The notes beneath the pieces were generated by a model. It saw only the letters and a list, made by a program, of their open reading frames with translations, did not search any database and was not told where the DNA came from. A program made the translations under genes and the position numbers. A DNA stretch of 59,303 nt from Octopus bimaculoides (Eukaryota), in NCBI RefSeq assembly GCF_001194135.2, contig NC_068981.1, positions 114,533,094-114,592,396 on the forward strand, read 5' to 3'. Below, piece by piece: positions 1-11,605 of the stretch. Position 1 is the stretch's first letter. Each line of letters starts with the position of its first letter.

Positions 1-69
1 GCAACCTTTTCAATAGTCTTGACTCTGTCCGTTATTCACTTTGCGTTCTGTTTTTGCTTATCTTTTTTT

Positions 70-469
70 TTTGTTTTTGCGCATGCGTGTGTCTCAGTGT
101 GTGTGTATGTATGTATGCATGTATGTGTGCATGTGTGTGTATGTATGTCTGTGTGTGTGTGTGCTATGTATATATGTATGTATGTGTGTGTATGTATATA
201 TGCATGTATGTGTGTGTTTGCATGTATGTATGTATTCTGCATTTGTGTGTGTTTTTTTTATGTATGTGTGTGCGTGTGTGTATATGTATGTATGTACCTC
301 TCTCTCCTTGTGTGTGTATGTCTGAGTGTGTGTGTGTGTGTGTGAGACAGAGGTACATACATACATATACACACATGCACACACATACATAAAAAAAACA
401 CAAATGCAGAATACATACATACATACATGCAAACACACACACATACATGCATATATACATACACACACA
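70..469. repeat. Compound (TG)/(TA)/(TATG) microsatellite with internal inverted duplication, running into a gap
   Basis: Low-complexity TG/CA arrays; 183-301 is the reverse complement of 349-469 apart from slippage indels. Confidence 0.9.
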
Positions 470-1065
470 NNNNNNNNNNNNNNNNNNNNNNNNNNNNNNN
501 NNNNNNNNNNNNNNNNNNNNNNNNNNNNNNNNNNNNNNNNNNNNNNNNNNNNNNNNNNNNNNNNNNNNNNNNNNNNNNNNNNNNNNNNNNNNNNNNNNNN
601 NNNNNNNNNNNNNNNNNNNNNNNNNNNNNNNNNNNNNNNNNNNNNNNNNNNNNNNNNNNNNNNNNNNNNNNNNNNNNNNNNNNNNNNNNNNNNNNNNNNN
701 NNNNNNNNNNNNNNNNNNNNNNNNNNNNNNNNNNNNNNNNNNNNNNNNNNNNNNNNNNNNNNNNNNNNNNNNNNNNNNNNNNNNNNNNNNNNNNNNNNNN
801 NNNNNNNNNNNNNNNNNNNNNNNNNNNNNNNNNNNNNNNNNNNNNNNNNNNNNNNNNNNNNNNNNNNNNNNNNNNNNNNNNNNNNNNNNNNNNNNNNNNN
901 NNNNNNNNNNNNNNNNNNNNNNNNNNNNNNNNNNNNNNNNNNNNNNNNNNNNNNNNNNNNNNNNNNTTTGAGGCATGATAAGAAAATGACTCTCCCCAGA
1001 CACAACAGAATATTCTTCAACACACGAGATCACATAAAAAATCTTGCAAACCAAATCCAAAAACG

Positions 1066-1109
<44 letters not shown>

Positions 1110-1170
1110 AAAATAGAAACATTGTTGTTCCAAAATCTATCAACAAGAGATATTCAGTAGCAGCACTTTA

Positions 1171-1304
1171 AAGTAATGATTTTTTGCCAACCTAATGTGA
1201 CAGTCCCATTTTGGGGATGAATGCTACTGTTGTTTAGCCCCAGGAGACATATAGCCAGCTGGAGATGATGTCTAGATATTAGGTTGGCAAAAAATCGCTA
1301 CTTC
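1171..1304. repeat. 26-bp inverted repeat resembling mariner TIR halves, oriented inside-out
   Basis: aagtaatgattttttgccaacctaat (1171-1196) pairs with attaggttggcaaaaaatcgctactt (1279-1304); TATTAGGTTGG resembles Hsmar1-type termini. Confidence 0.55.
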
Positions 1305-1466
1305 ATATATATATATATATATAATGTAACAAGATGATTGTGATGAGATGGTAAAAGTAACGAAGGTTTGAACCACATCAGATTCTCCAAATGTAACAAT
1401 TTATGTTATGTTTAAATTGCTGAAAGTCTGGGAGACAGCATAACAAAGAACATTGAAAAGAAGAAT

Positions 1467-1590
1467 ATTCTTTTCTACTCTAGGCACAAGACCTGAGGGG
1501 AGGGGGCCAGTCAATTAGATTGACTCCAGTACGCAACTGGTGCTTAATTTATTGACCCCGAAAGGATGAAAGGCAAAGTCGACCTCAGCA
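1467..1590 (-). mobile_element. tRNA-type SINE fragment (central core and 3' tail)
   Basis: Reverse complement contains GTCGACTTTGCCTTTCATCCTTTCGGGGTCAATAAATTAAGCACCAG; the same core recurs at ~20140-20190 and ~34665-34710. Confidence 0.7.
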
Positions 1591-2130
1591 TATTTACAGT
1601 CTTTTTATAGGTATGCAGAGTCAGTATACAAGGCTTAGTAGCAATTAACAATTTAGTAGTTCAGGGGGAAAGACAACAATGATGTTCACACATTCTTAGA
1701 TGTGTGCATCTAGCAGGTCCAGCTGTTTGCTAGAAAGTGAAGCCATGCAAGCTAAGGAAGCACTGACCCCTGTGCTGAAGCAATGGAAACTACTAACTGC
1801 TATACAGATTGGAGAAAACTCAATGTATACTCAAGAACAAAGGAATACATTTCCTTTATCTCTCTTAACCTCTAAATAACCTGTCGGCTTCTGTTTAAAC
1901 TAAGGAACTGAGATAAAGTTGACAAGTGACATCATAAATCTCCAACTGAGACAAAGGAAAGGATGTTGTAAAATCTAGGTCACAGTTTTAATTCTTAAGT
2001 ATGAGTGCAGGAAATTATTCTTAACTATGAATGCAGGAAACCATCTCTTACATATGGCCACAGCCTTAGGGCTGAAACACATAAAAGAATACACATACAA
2101 AAAATTATTTAGTAATACCTTGCTTCAAAA

Positions 2131-2426
2131 TATCAGGTCATCCCATAAGTTCTGTCCGAATTTTGAATAAAGAAAACAAGTGATCAAATGTTATATTTAA
2201 TTGAAATTTAATCACCAATGTACTTTCTCTGATTATCTATGACATCCTTCCATCTATTTACAAGCTTTTTAATCCCATCAATGTAAAACTTTTGGTTTGA
2301 AAGCGAAGAACTCTGAAATGTCAGTTTTGACCTCCTCCAGGCTTGTGAAAGTTATGTCTCCCAAATGATTCTGTAAACTACGAAACAAATGGTAGTCTGA
2401 AGGAGCAAGGTTGGGAGAATAAGGTG
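2131..2426 (-). mobile_element. Mariner transposon 3' end (transposase C-terminus and TIR), truncated by gap
   Basis: Minus strand reads PYSPNLAPSDYHLFRSLQNHL...(frameshift)...YIDGIKKLVNRWKDVIDNQRKYIGD*; TA plus TIR tcaggtcatcccataagttc at 2131-2152. Confidence 0.9.
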
Positions 2427-4630
2427 NNNNNNNNNNNNNNNNNNNNNNNNNNNNNNNNNNNNNNNNNNNNNNNNNNNNNNNNNNNNNNNNNNNNNNNNNN
2501 NNNNNNNNNNNNNNNNNNNNNNNNNNNNNNNNNNNNNNNNNNNNNNNNNNNNNNNNNNNNNNNNNNNNNNNNNNNNNNNNNNNNNNNNNNNNNNNNNNNN
2601 NNNNNNNNNNNNNNNNNNNNNNNNNNNNNNNNNNNNNNNNNNNNNNNNNNNNNNNNNNNNNNNNNNNNNNNNNNNNNNNNNNNNNNNNNNNNNNNNNNNN
2701 NNNNNNNNNNNNNNNNNNNNNNNNNNNNNNNNNNNNNNNNNNNNNNNNNNNNNNNNNNNNNNNNNNNNNNNNNNNNNNNNNNNNNNNNNNNNNNNNNNNN
2801 NNNNNNNNNNNNNNNNNNNNNNNNNNNNNNNNNNNNNNNNNNNNNNNNNNNNNNNNNNNNNNNNNNNNNNNNNNNNNNNNNNNNNNNNNNNNNNNNNNNN
2901 NNNNNNNNNNNNNNNNNNNNNNNNNNNNNNNNNNNNNNNNNNNNNNNNNNNNNNNNNNNNNNNNNNNNNNNNNNNNNNNNNNNNNNNNNNNNNNNNNNNN
3001 NNNNNNNNNNNNNNNNNNNNNNNNNNNNNNNNNNNNNNNNNNNNNNNNNNNNNNNNNNNAGAAAAGGTTTTAATCAAAGAAATTTTAATTCTATTATTCT
3101 GTAAAATAATATTTAATTAGTTTAAATGTGCACAAATGCATAAAGATAATCTTTAATTCCATTAGACATTCTAAAATACTATTAAATATCATTCAATTTT
3201 AAAAAAAGGTAAAATCAGACAGAATTTATGGGATGAACTGATATTACTGTATCTTACTGAAAGAAAGAATTAGCATGCATTAGAAATCAACAGTTTTTAT
3301 TCATAGATTGAAAATAAACGAATAAAGTCACTCAAAGAAAGCAACTGTTTGAAAATAAACTTAAGAAAAGCAGAGACCAAAAGAAACCATTATCACTAGG
3401 AGGTCAGTTTCATGCAACGCAAGAATCATTTGGTGTTAATCTGGGTTTAGAACTTGCACACAAACAGATGTGGGGTATGAAGGAACAGCTCTTACCAAAG
3501 ATTAAATGCTCAGCTCCAACCCCATAGAGGTTTGTTAAGAGCTAGAGTGATAAGCATGTGCGAATGCATGATAGATGTAGAGATGGTAGGAACAATAGAT
3601 GTTAGGCGAGTGAATTGGTAGAGCTTATGAGTTTAGCTGCATGAGTGGAAGTAAAGCAATTGTAGGTTGAGCTGATTGATGTAAAGGGCTATGGGAAGGG
3701 TGATATGTTGAGTGCAGATGAAATGGAGAAGGAAATGTTTGATGGCTGGGAGCTGAGAACAAATAGTACAGATAGTGACATGTGAGTAGATGAGTAGAAT
3801 TGATGAGAAGAATTTAGGAGGAGGTAAGGAAGTCTGTGGAGTTAAAACAGAGAGAGAACCATGAGGGATAAGGTTGTGGTGAAATCAGTGATTAGGGAAA
3901 TGGTTATAGATAGAATATGTTTTGGCAAAGATAAGAATGGAGAGACACAAAGAAGAAAAGATTGTGATGCAAGTCACAGAAAAAGAGTTTAAGGTTTGGA
4001 ATAGTAAAAGATCACAGAAAATTGGTGTAATACAAGAAATCTTGTACCTTTATAATTTGGTTTCATCTGCATAAGTTAACCTGTCCTACTGTTAAAAAGT
4101 AACAGGCTAATTATCATATTTAAATAGCAGAAACAAATTATGTTAATTACCTGTTAACATCTTACAATGCAAAATAAAAAAAACTAACAAACTTTAAATA
4201 ATGTCACATTCATATGAGTGATTGTTATCTGAAACAAACATAAATGTGAAAAGAAGCTTTAATTTTAGAAAACACATAATTACATTTCTGAGGACTAAAT
4301 GCAATTATCAACTAATAAAGTTGCTAGAGAGTGTAAGAATCTTCTTTTTATTTAAAGAGTATTCAATTCCAGACCCAGTTTGCTGAAACTTTCTTTCAGA
4401 GAGTACACAGGAGTAGGATTCTGTAAGGTTCACTATGTAAGTATAAAACCAAAGATTTTTCAGAGACAGAGGAATAGAAATTTGTGACATTCATGTCTTT
4501 CCTATAGTTGTTAGCATGGTAAATTAAATGAATTTGCTATATCTGAAATAAAAAGCAAGTTACCTTGTACTCTGCAGCAATTGAGCTTATAATACAACTT
4601 ATACAAACAAAAACTATGATAGCTGGTATA

Positions 4631-5320
4631 TTTGATTTTGTATCATCATGCAGACTTGCAGCTAACTAAGTGGCAAAGTATTCTGGCATCAGCGTCGAGT
4701 TGTTTTTGTAGCTGAATTTACCTTATTCTACGTGATACCATTAATAGTGCTACTCACTCATGTAAGGAGTAAGAATAGAATACACAGTTGTTAATTCATG
4801 GCGCTGAGCATAAAGAAGGCAAATGGAAATCATTCCAAGACTGCAGTCACCTTTGTTAATATTGCTATTGGATATTTTTCTAATAAATCTGAGGCTAGTG
4901 AGAAGAAGGGATCCTCAGATAGGAGACTTGGTTCAAATCTTTGCATCAGAGTAAACTCTACTAAAGGCATCCAAAGGCCAGATGGTAGTATTAAAATTAA
5001 ACCAGGTGTCAAGTCTACAACACAATTAAGTCATGGATATAGGTTCCTGTTACAGGTTGAATGTGATGACTAATGCAAGACAGTCTATTGTGTATCAAAT
5101 TCCTCATTCATTTAATTTACCATACTATCAACTATAGGAAAGACATGTCACAAATTTCTTTTTTTGTCTCTAAAAATCTTACTCCTTATATGAGTGAGTA
5201 GCACTATTTATGGTATTATGTAGAATAAAGTAAATTCAGCTACAAAAACATCTTGACACTGAAGACAGAACACTTTGTCACTGAGCTAGCTGCAAGTCTG
5301 CATGATAATACAAAATCAAT
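4631..5320. mobile_element. Long-TIR foldback element / MITE (~690 bp)
   Basis: ~143-bp arms at 4632-4774 and 5177-5319 are inverted copies (roughly 85% identical by eye); TA on both outer flanks. Confidence 0.75.
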
Positions 5321-5328
5321 TAAGTCAA

Positions 5329-5975
5329 TGATCTCGAAAAATCAAATGAGATGGTCTGGCCCACATTGTTTGAATGGCAGATGACTGCACAGCCAAACAG
5401 TTGTTTCATGGCGAACTTGAACAAGGGAAATGTGGTCATTGTAAACCTAAAAAAAAGGTTTAAGAACTGTATAAGGACTAACATGAAATCACTTGGAATG
5501 GATCCAAAGTCCATTAGAAACCCTTGCTTTGGATTGAGCTGAATGGCAAACAAAAGTGTGGAGTGAAGCGAAAGCTTTTGAAGAAACCAGGATGACCCAT
5601 GTGAAACTTAAAAGAAATTTAAAGAAAAATGCTACGAACAATGAGGAAATGAATCCCAACAACCTTTTTTGTGTGTACAATTTGTGACAGGCCATGTCTT
5701 TCTTTTGCTAGGCTCAAATCTCATTTGCAGACCCCCCAAAAATGAACTTCCACCAACTACTCTTCTTTCTATCTGTGCACACCTGTCAATGCCATATATG
5801 TCATAAGGTCTGCAAATCTATGGAGGCCTCAAAAGATTTTAAGATCCACAAAGATCAAAACTTAACTGCAGCTCTTGGTGGCCCAAAGCAAATATGCAAT
5901 TTATGTGGGTGTCTTTTCAAAACATTGTCTGGTTTAAAAAGACACATCAGACGCCATGATAGATCTAAGGTCTAA
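5329..5975 (+). mobile_element. RTE/BovB-like LINE ORF C-terminus ending in three C2H2 zinc fingers (decayed)
   Basis: Allowing frameshifts: MRWSGH..RMADDCTAKQLFHGELEQGKCGHCKPKKRFKNCIRTNMK, then CTICDRPCLSFARLKSHLQTP, CHICHKVCKS.., CNLCGCLFKTLSGLKRHIRRH, stop at 5973-5975. Confidence 0.8.
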
Positions 5976-6017
5976 GTACAAGAAGTGGTCAGACTATGCA
6001 TAAGGAGTACACAACCA

Positions 6018-6056
<39 letters not shown>

Positions 6057-6059
<3 letters not shown>

Positions 6060-6370
6060 CATCATCGTCATTTAACATCCGTCTTTCATGCATGCATAGG
6101 TAAGACAGTTGACAAGAACCGGCCAGGTAGAAGACTACCCCAGGCTACTGTGTCTGTTTTTGCAGGGTTTTTATGGCTGGATGCTCTTCCTAACACAAAC
6201 CACTCTGTAGAGTGAACTCAGTTCTTTTTATGTACCACTAGCACAGGCAAGGTTAGTTTTGGCATGATTTTTACTGGTGGATGGCCTTCCAAATGCCAAC
6301 CACTTTACACCATGGATTGGATGCTTTTTATGTGGCAGTAGCACCAGCAGGGTCACCAAGTAACTTGCAA
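6057..6370 (-). mobile_element. RTE-type 3' tail / RTE-tailed SINE
   Basis: catcatcatcgtcatttaacatccgtctttcatgc terminus shared with copies at 13397, 38665, 52378 and 58984. Confidence 0.8.
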
Positions 6371-6419
6371 GACAAGGAATTTTGAGAGGGGCAGGGGCAT
6401 TTGAGGAGGGAATTTGTGT

Positions 6420-6780
6420 CAGAGGATGAAAGGTTAGATCATGACTGAGAGAGAAGGAGGCAGAAACAACTGTCTTCTTATAACGGTGGGGGCACTAGAG
6501 GAGGTGATCTGGTGTTAGATGATGAAAGGTTAGAGAGTGACAGAGAAATAGAGAGGCAAAAACAGGTGTCTTGCTATAGAAGAGGTACATAGTTACCCAG
6601 CAAAAGAGAGAGGGAGAGGAAGAAAGAAAGAGGACAGAAACAGGTGTGCTGATGTAAAGGAGATATGTGGTTACCTAGTCAGAAGGAAAAGCAAGAGGAG
6701 AGAGAGAAAGAGTGATCAAGAATGATGGCAGAAAAAGGTGTGCTGCTGTAGAGGTGATACAGGGTTACCCAGCCAGAGAG
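6420..6780. repeat. Degenerate purine-rich minisatellite (~100-bp units, ~4 copies)
   Basis: Recurring gatgaaaggttaga...cagaaacaggtgtcttgct...ggttacccag motifs. Confidence 0.6.
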
Positions 6781-7199
6781 AACAGCAAGGGAAAGAGAGA
6801 GTGTGGGAAATAGCAAAAGTGCAAGAGAGAGCTGGAGAGAGATGGTGAAGTGCCAGGACATACTCACAAGTAACAAGAATCAGAGTATAGATGTGATGGT
6901 AGAGTAAGGAAGAGAGAGATATGGATGTCATAATATATGCGGTCAGGTATTGCCAAGAAGGCGCAAGTAGGGAGTGGGGATTGCAGTGACTGGTGAAAAC
7001 TTGGGTATAAAAATAGGGTGGGGGAAAGCAGCAATACAGAGAGCCAGGCAGTGAGGGCAGGGAAGGGGACTGGAAGACAATCATAGTTTATGAAGAGGAA
7101 ATGTGAGGAAGAGAAAGATGCAGTTTAGAAGAGAAGATGTAGTTCTGCTTCTTGGGGTAGGATGTGTGAAAAACTTGTTGTTACATGTGCGTGAGATAC

Positions 7200-8960
7200 A
7201 ATGCTTCTAGCACTCAGCTTCGCTGATGTGGGCGGGTCTTCTCTAGAGCCTCATATCACCAAACATCTTGGTCCACTGTCATCTTCTCAATGAGCTTTAA
7301 CATCCTAAGATTGGTCCTCACAACTTCAGCCATGTCTTCCTATGTCTTCCTCTTCCACAGGTACAACCACTTTCAGTGACAGGCGCTTCCATATACAGCT
7401 GTCTTTACTCATATGCATCACATGTCCAAACAAATGCATTCTCCTCTCCTGTATGCCACATTTAACCCTCTTAAGCTTAACTTTTCTCTCAACACAGTTG
7501 TGCTTTGTTGGTCATGCACACTGCGGTTGCAAATCCAACAGAACATGCTATCTTCATTCTTCTCCAGTCTATGCATGTCCTCTGCATTCAGAGCCCATGT
7601 CTAACTACAATGTAGTATAGCTGTTCTCACACAAGCATCATACAATCTACTTTTCATTCTGAGAGAAAGTCCTTTTGTTGCCAATAAAGGTAGTAGCTCC
7701 CCAAATTTCCTCCACCCTATTCTTATTTAAGAAACAATACTTTCAGAGCATCCACCACCATTACTAATTTGGTCACCTAAATAGCAGAAACTATCTACTA
7801 TCTCAAGAGAGCCCCTTGTGCTCTTAGTACTTATTGTTCCTGCACATCTGCTGCACACAAAAGTGACCTTATCTATTCACCTACCTGCAATTTCACTACA
7901 TCTCTTGTACATCCATAGCTTGCACTAGGTGCAGCAAATGGAATTACTTCCCACTCCTTTCCTACACATTGAGCAGGGCCATTTTCTTGACAGAAAGAGA
8001 ATCTTATTTGCTTTCTTGCTAGAAACAACTTTAGTTCTTGCTAAGTTAACTTTAAAGCCCTTTGATTCTAGGTTTTGCTTTCAAACCTGGAACTTCTCCA
8101 ATTCTGTTTCAGATTCTGCAATAAGAGCAAAGTCATCAGCATATAGCAGTTCCCATGGGCACCCAGTTTTGAATTCCTCTATTACAGCCTAGAGAACTAT
8201 GATGGATAAGTGTGGACTAAGAATTGATCCCTGGTGAATTCCAACTTGTATGCTAAATTCATCACTGTATTCAAGGCCAACTCTCCCCTTGCTAACAGCA
8301 TTGCTGTACATCACTTATACAGCTCTTATCAAGCTACTTCTTTACTCTTAGCTTCCTTACAGAGCACCAGATAAGAAAGCAGGAAACCTTGTTGAAAGCT
8401 TTCTCCCAGTCGACGAAGGCTAAATACAATGGTTTACTTTTGGTCTAATACTTTTCTTGCAACTGCCTCACTAGGAAAATGACATCTGTGATACTTCTTC
8501 CAAGAACAAAACCAAACTGCATCTCATCTAGTTTAATTCTATTCCTAATGAGTTGAGATATAACTCTATCTGTAATTTTCATGACCTGGTCCAGCAGTTT
8601 GACACCTCTGTAGCTGTTTCTATCTAAGGCATCACCTTTGCCCTTGTAGCAGCTAACTATAATACTACTACACCAATCTTTGGGGATGACACCTTCCAGA
8701 ATAACCTGAGTAACGATGCAAGTGAGTAGGCTGTATCCTAATCATCTCAGCAGTGATACCTGATAGTCCAGGGGCTTTCCCAGTCTTCATATCCTTAATT
8801 GTCTTATTTGTTATACTGCTATCAACTCTAATGGCTGGTCCCTTAATTGGTTTGATATTTGAAAGACTCTCCTTCTCCCAATCATTCTCCACATTTAATA
8901 ACCATTCATAATGGCATCTCCACTCATCTTTCTTCTCTGAGTCACTAAGCTCAAACACAC
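7200..8960 (-). mobile_element. Decayed RTE LINE reverse transcriptase region
   Basis: Minus strand LLYADDF (~8130-8150), KTGKAPGLSGITAEM (ORF 8668-9036), GHVMHM..DSC C-terminal motif; many stops and frameshifts. Confidence 0.9.
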
Positions 8961-9029
8961 CAAAAAATCTTGGGATCCTGCTTTCTACAATTAATAGAGT
9001 GATTGTGCATTTCACCAGAGAGGGGAAGG

Positions 9030-9330
9030 AGTTCACATCACCTTGTCCAGATCAACCAGGGCCCTCTGACAGGACCCTTCTCTTTATTAAGAGAAGTGTG
9101 GAGGATAATCCTCATTGCAAGTCCTCTGACATAGCAGAACAAGTTGGTATCAGTCTCAGAACAGCTGTCAGGTATCTCCACAAACTTGGTTACTATGGCA
9201 GAGCAGCAAAAGAAAGCCACTTCTTTGACCAGCGAATATCAAGTGGAGAAAAGATTGGGCCAGTGAGATGGTGGAGAGGCCACTAGCACTTTGAGACACT
9301 GTCATATTCTCCAATCAGTCCAGATTTGCT
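9030..9330 (+). mobile_element. Tc1-like transposase fragment (HTH to start of DDE)
   Basis: [28 protein letters not shown], then after a frameshift [22 protein letters not shown]...VIFSNQSRF, matching Tc1 RKPLL...WA...V.FSDESKF. Confidence 0.8.
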
Positions 9331-9553
9331 GTATTTTCTGACTGTGGGTGAGTGTGGATCTGGAGACTCTGTGATAAAAAAACCTATGTACATACCTGTC
9401 TGTATGTCTATCTGTTTACATTCATATCCATATGCCTACATACCTGTGCATATATATATACACATATACACACACCCACACTCACACATCTATCTACATA
9501 ACAGCCCACTAACTATTCTACCTGTGGAGTAGAATATATGCACTAATGATAAC

Positions 9554-9895
9554 TGCATGGTATGTAGGATTAGCCCTGGCATTAACTGTAGAACTAGAAA
9601 TGTAGTTTACAGCATAAGATGCATAAAAGGTGCTTGTAAAGACATGAACATGACATACATAGGGGAGACACCTAGGAGCATTATGGAATAACTAAATGAA
9701 CATTTGAGACAATATGACGAGAAAAAACGATCTTCCATACTCTACCAACATGCCAAGGACCAACACGGAGGGAACCTGAGTCAACTTAACATCTGCATTT
9801 TATCCAAGCACACAAAGGACCCAACAATCAGACAAATACAGGAGTACGTCCTCATAAATGAAACATCCCCAGTACTAAATAGGAAATATACATAG
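9554..9895 (+). mobile_element. Penelope-like element GIY-YIG endonuclease remnant
   Basis: One frame: CMVCRISPGINCRTRNVVYSIRCIKGAC..MTYIGETPRSIME*LNEHLRQY...HAKDQH...IRQIQEYVLINETSPVLNRK*; single internal stop. Confidence 0.85.
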
Positions 9896-10435
9896 TAGAT
9901 AACATATCCTCATACCCACATGCATACATATGTATGCACACAGACAAAAAGAAAGCAGCTTCAATAATGGACAAAGTCAACAACTATTGAAAAGGTTGCA
10001 AGACGTAATGAAAATTTTAGAAAAATAAATAAGTAAATGAGTGGAAATTTTACTGGTGAGTGTGTTAAATTTTATANNNNNNNNNNNNNNNNNNNNNNNN
10101 NNNNNNNNNNNNNNNNNNNNNNNNNNNNNNNNNNNNNNNNNNNNNNNNNNNNNNNNNNNNNNNNNNNNNNNNNNNNNNNNNNNNNNNNNNNNNNNNNNNN
10201 NNNNNNNNNNNNNNNNNNNNNNNNNNNNNNNNNNNNNNNNNNNNNNNNNNNNNNTAGTGAGAATTTACAAAAAAACAAAAGACAAAGATAGGTGTGCAAA
10301 CAACAAACAGATGTATTAGTTTAATGCTCGGGAAGTGAGAAAGTCTTTTACGTTTCAACCCTATGCTCTTCGACAGAAAGGAACACAGAAATAAACAGGG
10401 AGAGAAAATAAAAAAAGGTTTAGTGGCTAGTGATC

Positions 10436-11547
10436 TCTCTCTCTCATCCTCCTTCCCTGCTATCTACTGCGCACACGTGACCTGTGACTAATTTTCTCAT
10501 CTATCTGCTTTTCGCCACTGGACACTTAGCTTGCTGGTCAACATTTTTCTCCTCTCTTGCTACTTCTCTTTCTATATCCATTCGGGATTTCTTCTAGGCA
10601 TTACCCATCATTCTTGTGTTTGGCTGAAAACGCTGTATTTATTCCATCTTCATCTATCGTTTCAAATTACATTTCTTTACTTTTGTACATCTACCCTGTA
10701 TTGCTTTGTTTGCTTCAGCCATAATTCTCTGCAAATTTTGTGGATGCTGCCAATATATGCAGTTCTCAGTCTTATCGTTAAAGGGATGGAACTGAGCATT
10801 AGCATTTTGGTCGATAACTGATGAAGAAATTATGTCATTCTGTGTCTGTCTTACGTGTACATTTTGTAGTATTTAATGCATTTTTCATTCATTGAGTAAC
10901 TAAATGCCATGCATCCCAACTTTTGTTAAAATTAAGTTTTTATATATTTTTTGTGACTATCTTCATCCTTTCTTTCTCTCTCATCCTCATATTCCTTTTC
11001 TAGCATCCCAACTTCCTTTCTCCCTCTTTCTCGTTTTCTCACTCATAATTGTAGACTTTCTCTCTTCCTTCCTTCCTTCCCTGTTCTCTCTGCTGCTGTC
11101 TCTCTCCCTCTCTCTCATCTTCCTTCCCTTCTCTCTACTGCCCATATGTGACTTGTGACTAAGTTTCTTATCTCTCTGCCTTTCACCACCAGACACTTAG
11201 CTTGCTGGTCAACATTTTTCTCCTCTCTTGCTATTTTTCTTTCTATATCCATTCGGGATTTCTTCTAGGCATTACCAATCATTCTCATTTTGGCTGAAGG
11301 GCTGTATTTATTCCGTCTTCATCTATTGTTTCAAATTACATTACTTTTGTATGTCCACCCTGTATTGTTTTGGTTGGTTGAGCCCAAACTCTCTGCAAAT
11401 TTTGCGGATGCCACCAATATACGAACTTGTCAGTCTTACTGTTAAAGGCATGAAACTGAGTATTAGTATTTTGGTCAATAACTGATGAAGAATTAGGATC
11501 CTTCTGTGTCTGTTCTATGTTTTGTAATATTTAATGTAGTTTTCATT
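10436..11547. repeat. Two diverged ~440-bp direct repeats (10436-10889 and 11109-11547)
   Basis: Long shared blocks, e.g. gacacttagcttgctggtcaacatttttctcctctcttgcta and ataactgatgaagaa. Confidence 0.9.
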
Positions 11548-11566
11548 TATATATACATACATACAT

Positions 11567-11605
<39 letters not shown>

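Noticed and set aside
19-1111. Long ORFs rich in C/V/M/Y or H/T/Y/I
   Set aside because: Translations of TG/CA/TA microsatellites and N-gaps; the same applies to the X-filled ORFs at the other gaps
3470-3960. Purine-skewed tract, faintly like a minus-strand Penelope C-terminus (EHLIF...)
   Set aside because: Too degraded to support a call; similar skewed tracts occur at 6800-7100 and 26480-26820
4048-4092. Possible minus-strand PIBF1 exon (ttaacag...AAG|GTACAA)
   Set aside because: All frames contain stops and there is no similarity to the expected sequence
4798-5073. 91-aa ORF in the spacer of the fold-back element
   Set aside because: No recognisable motif or splice context; this length is expected by chance
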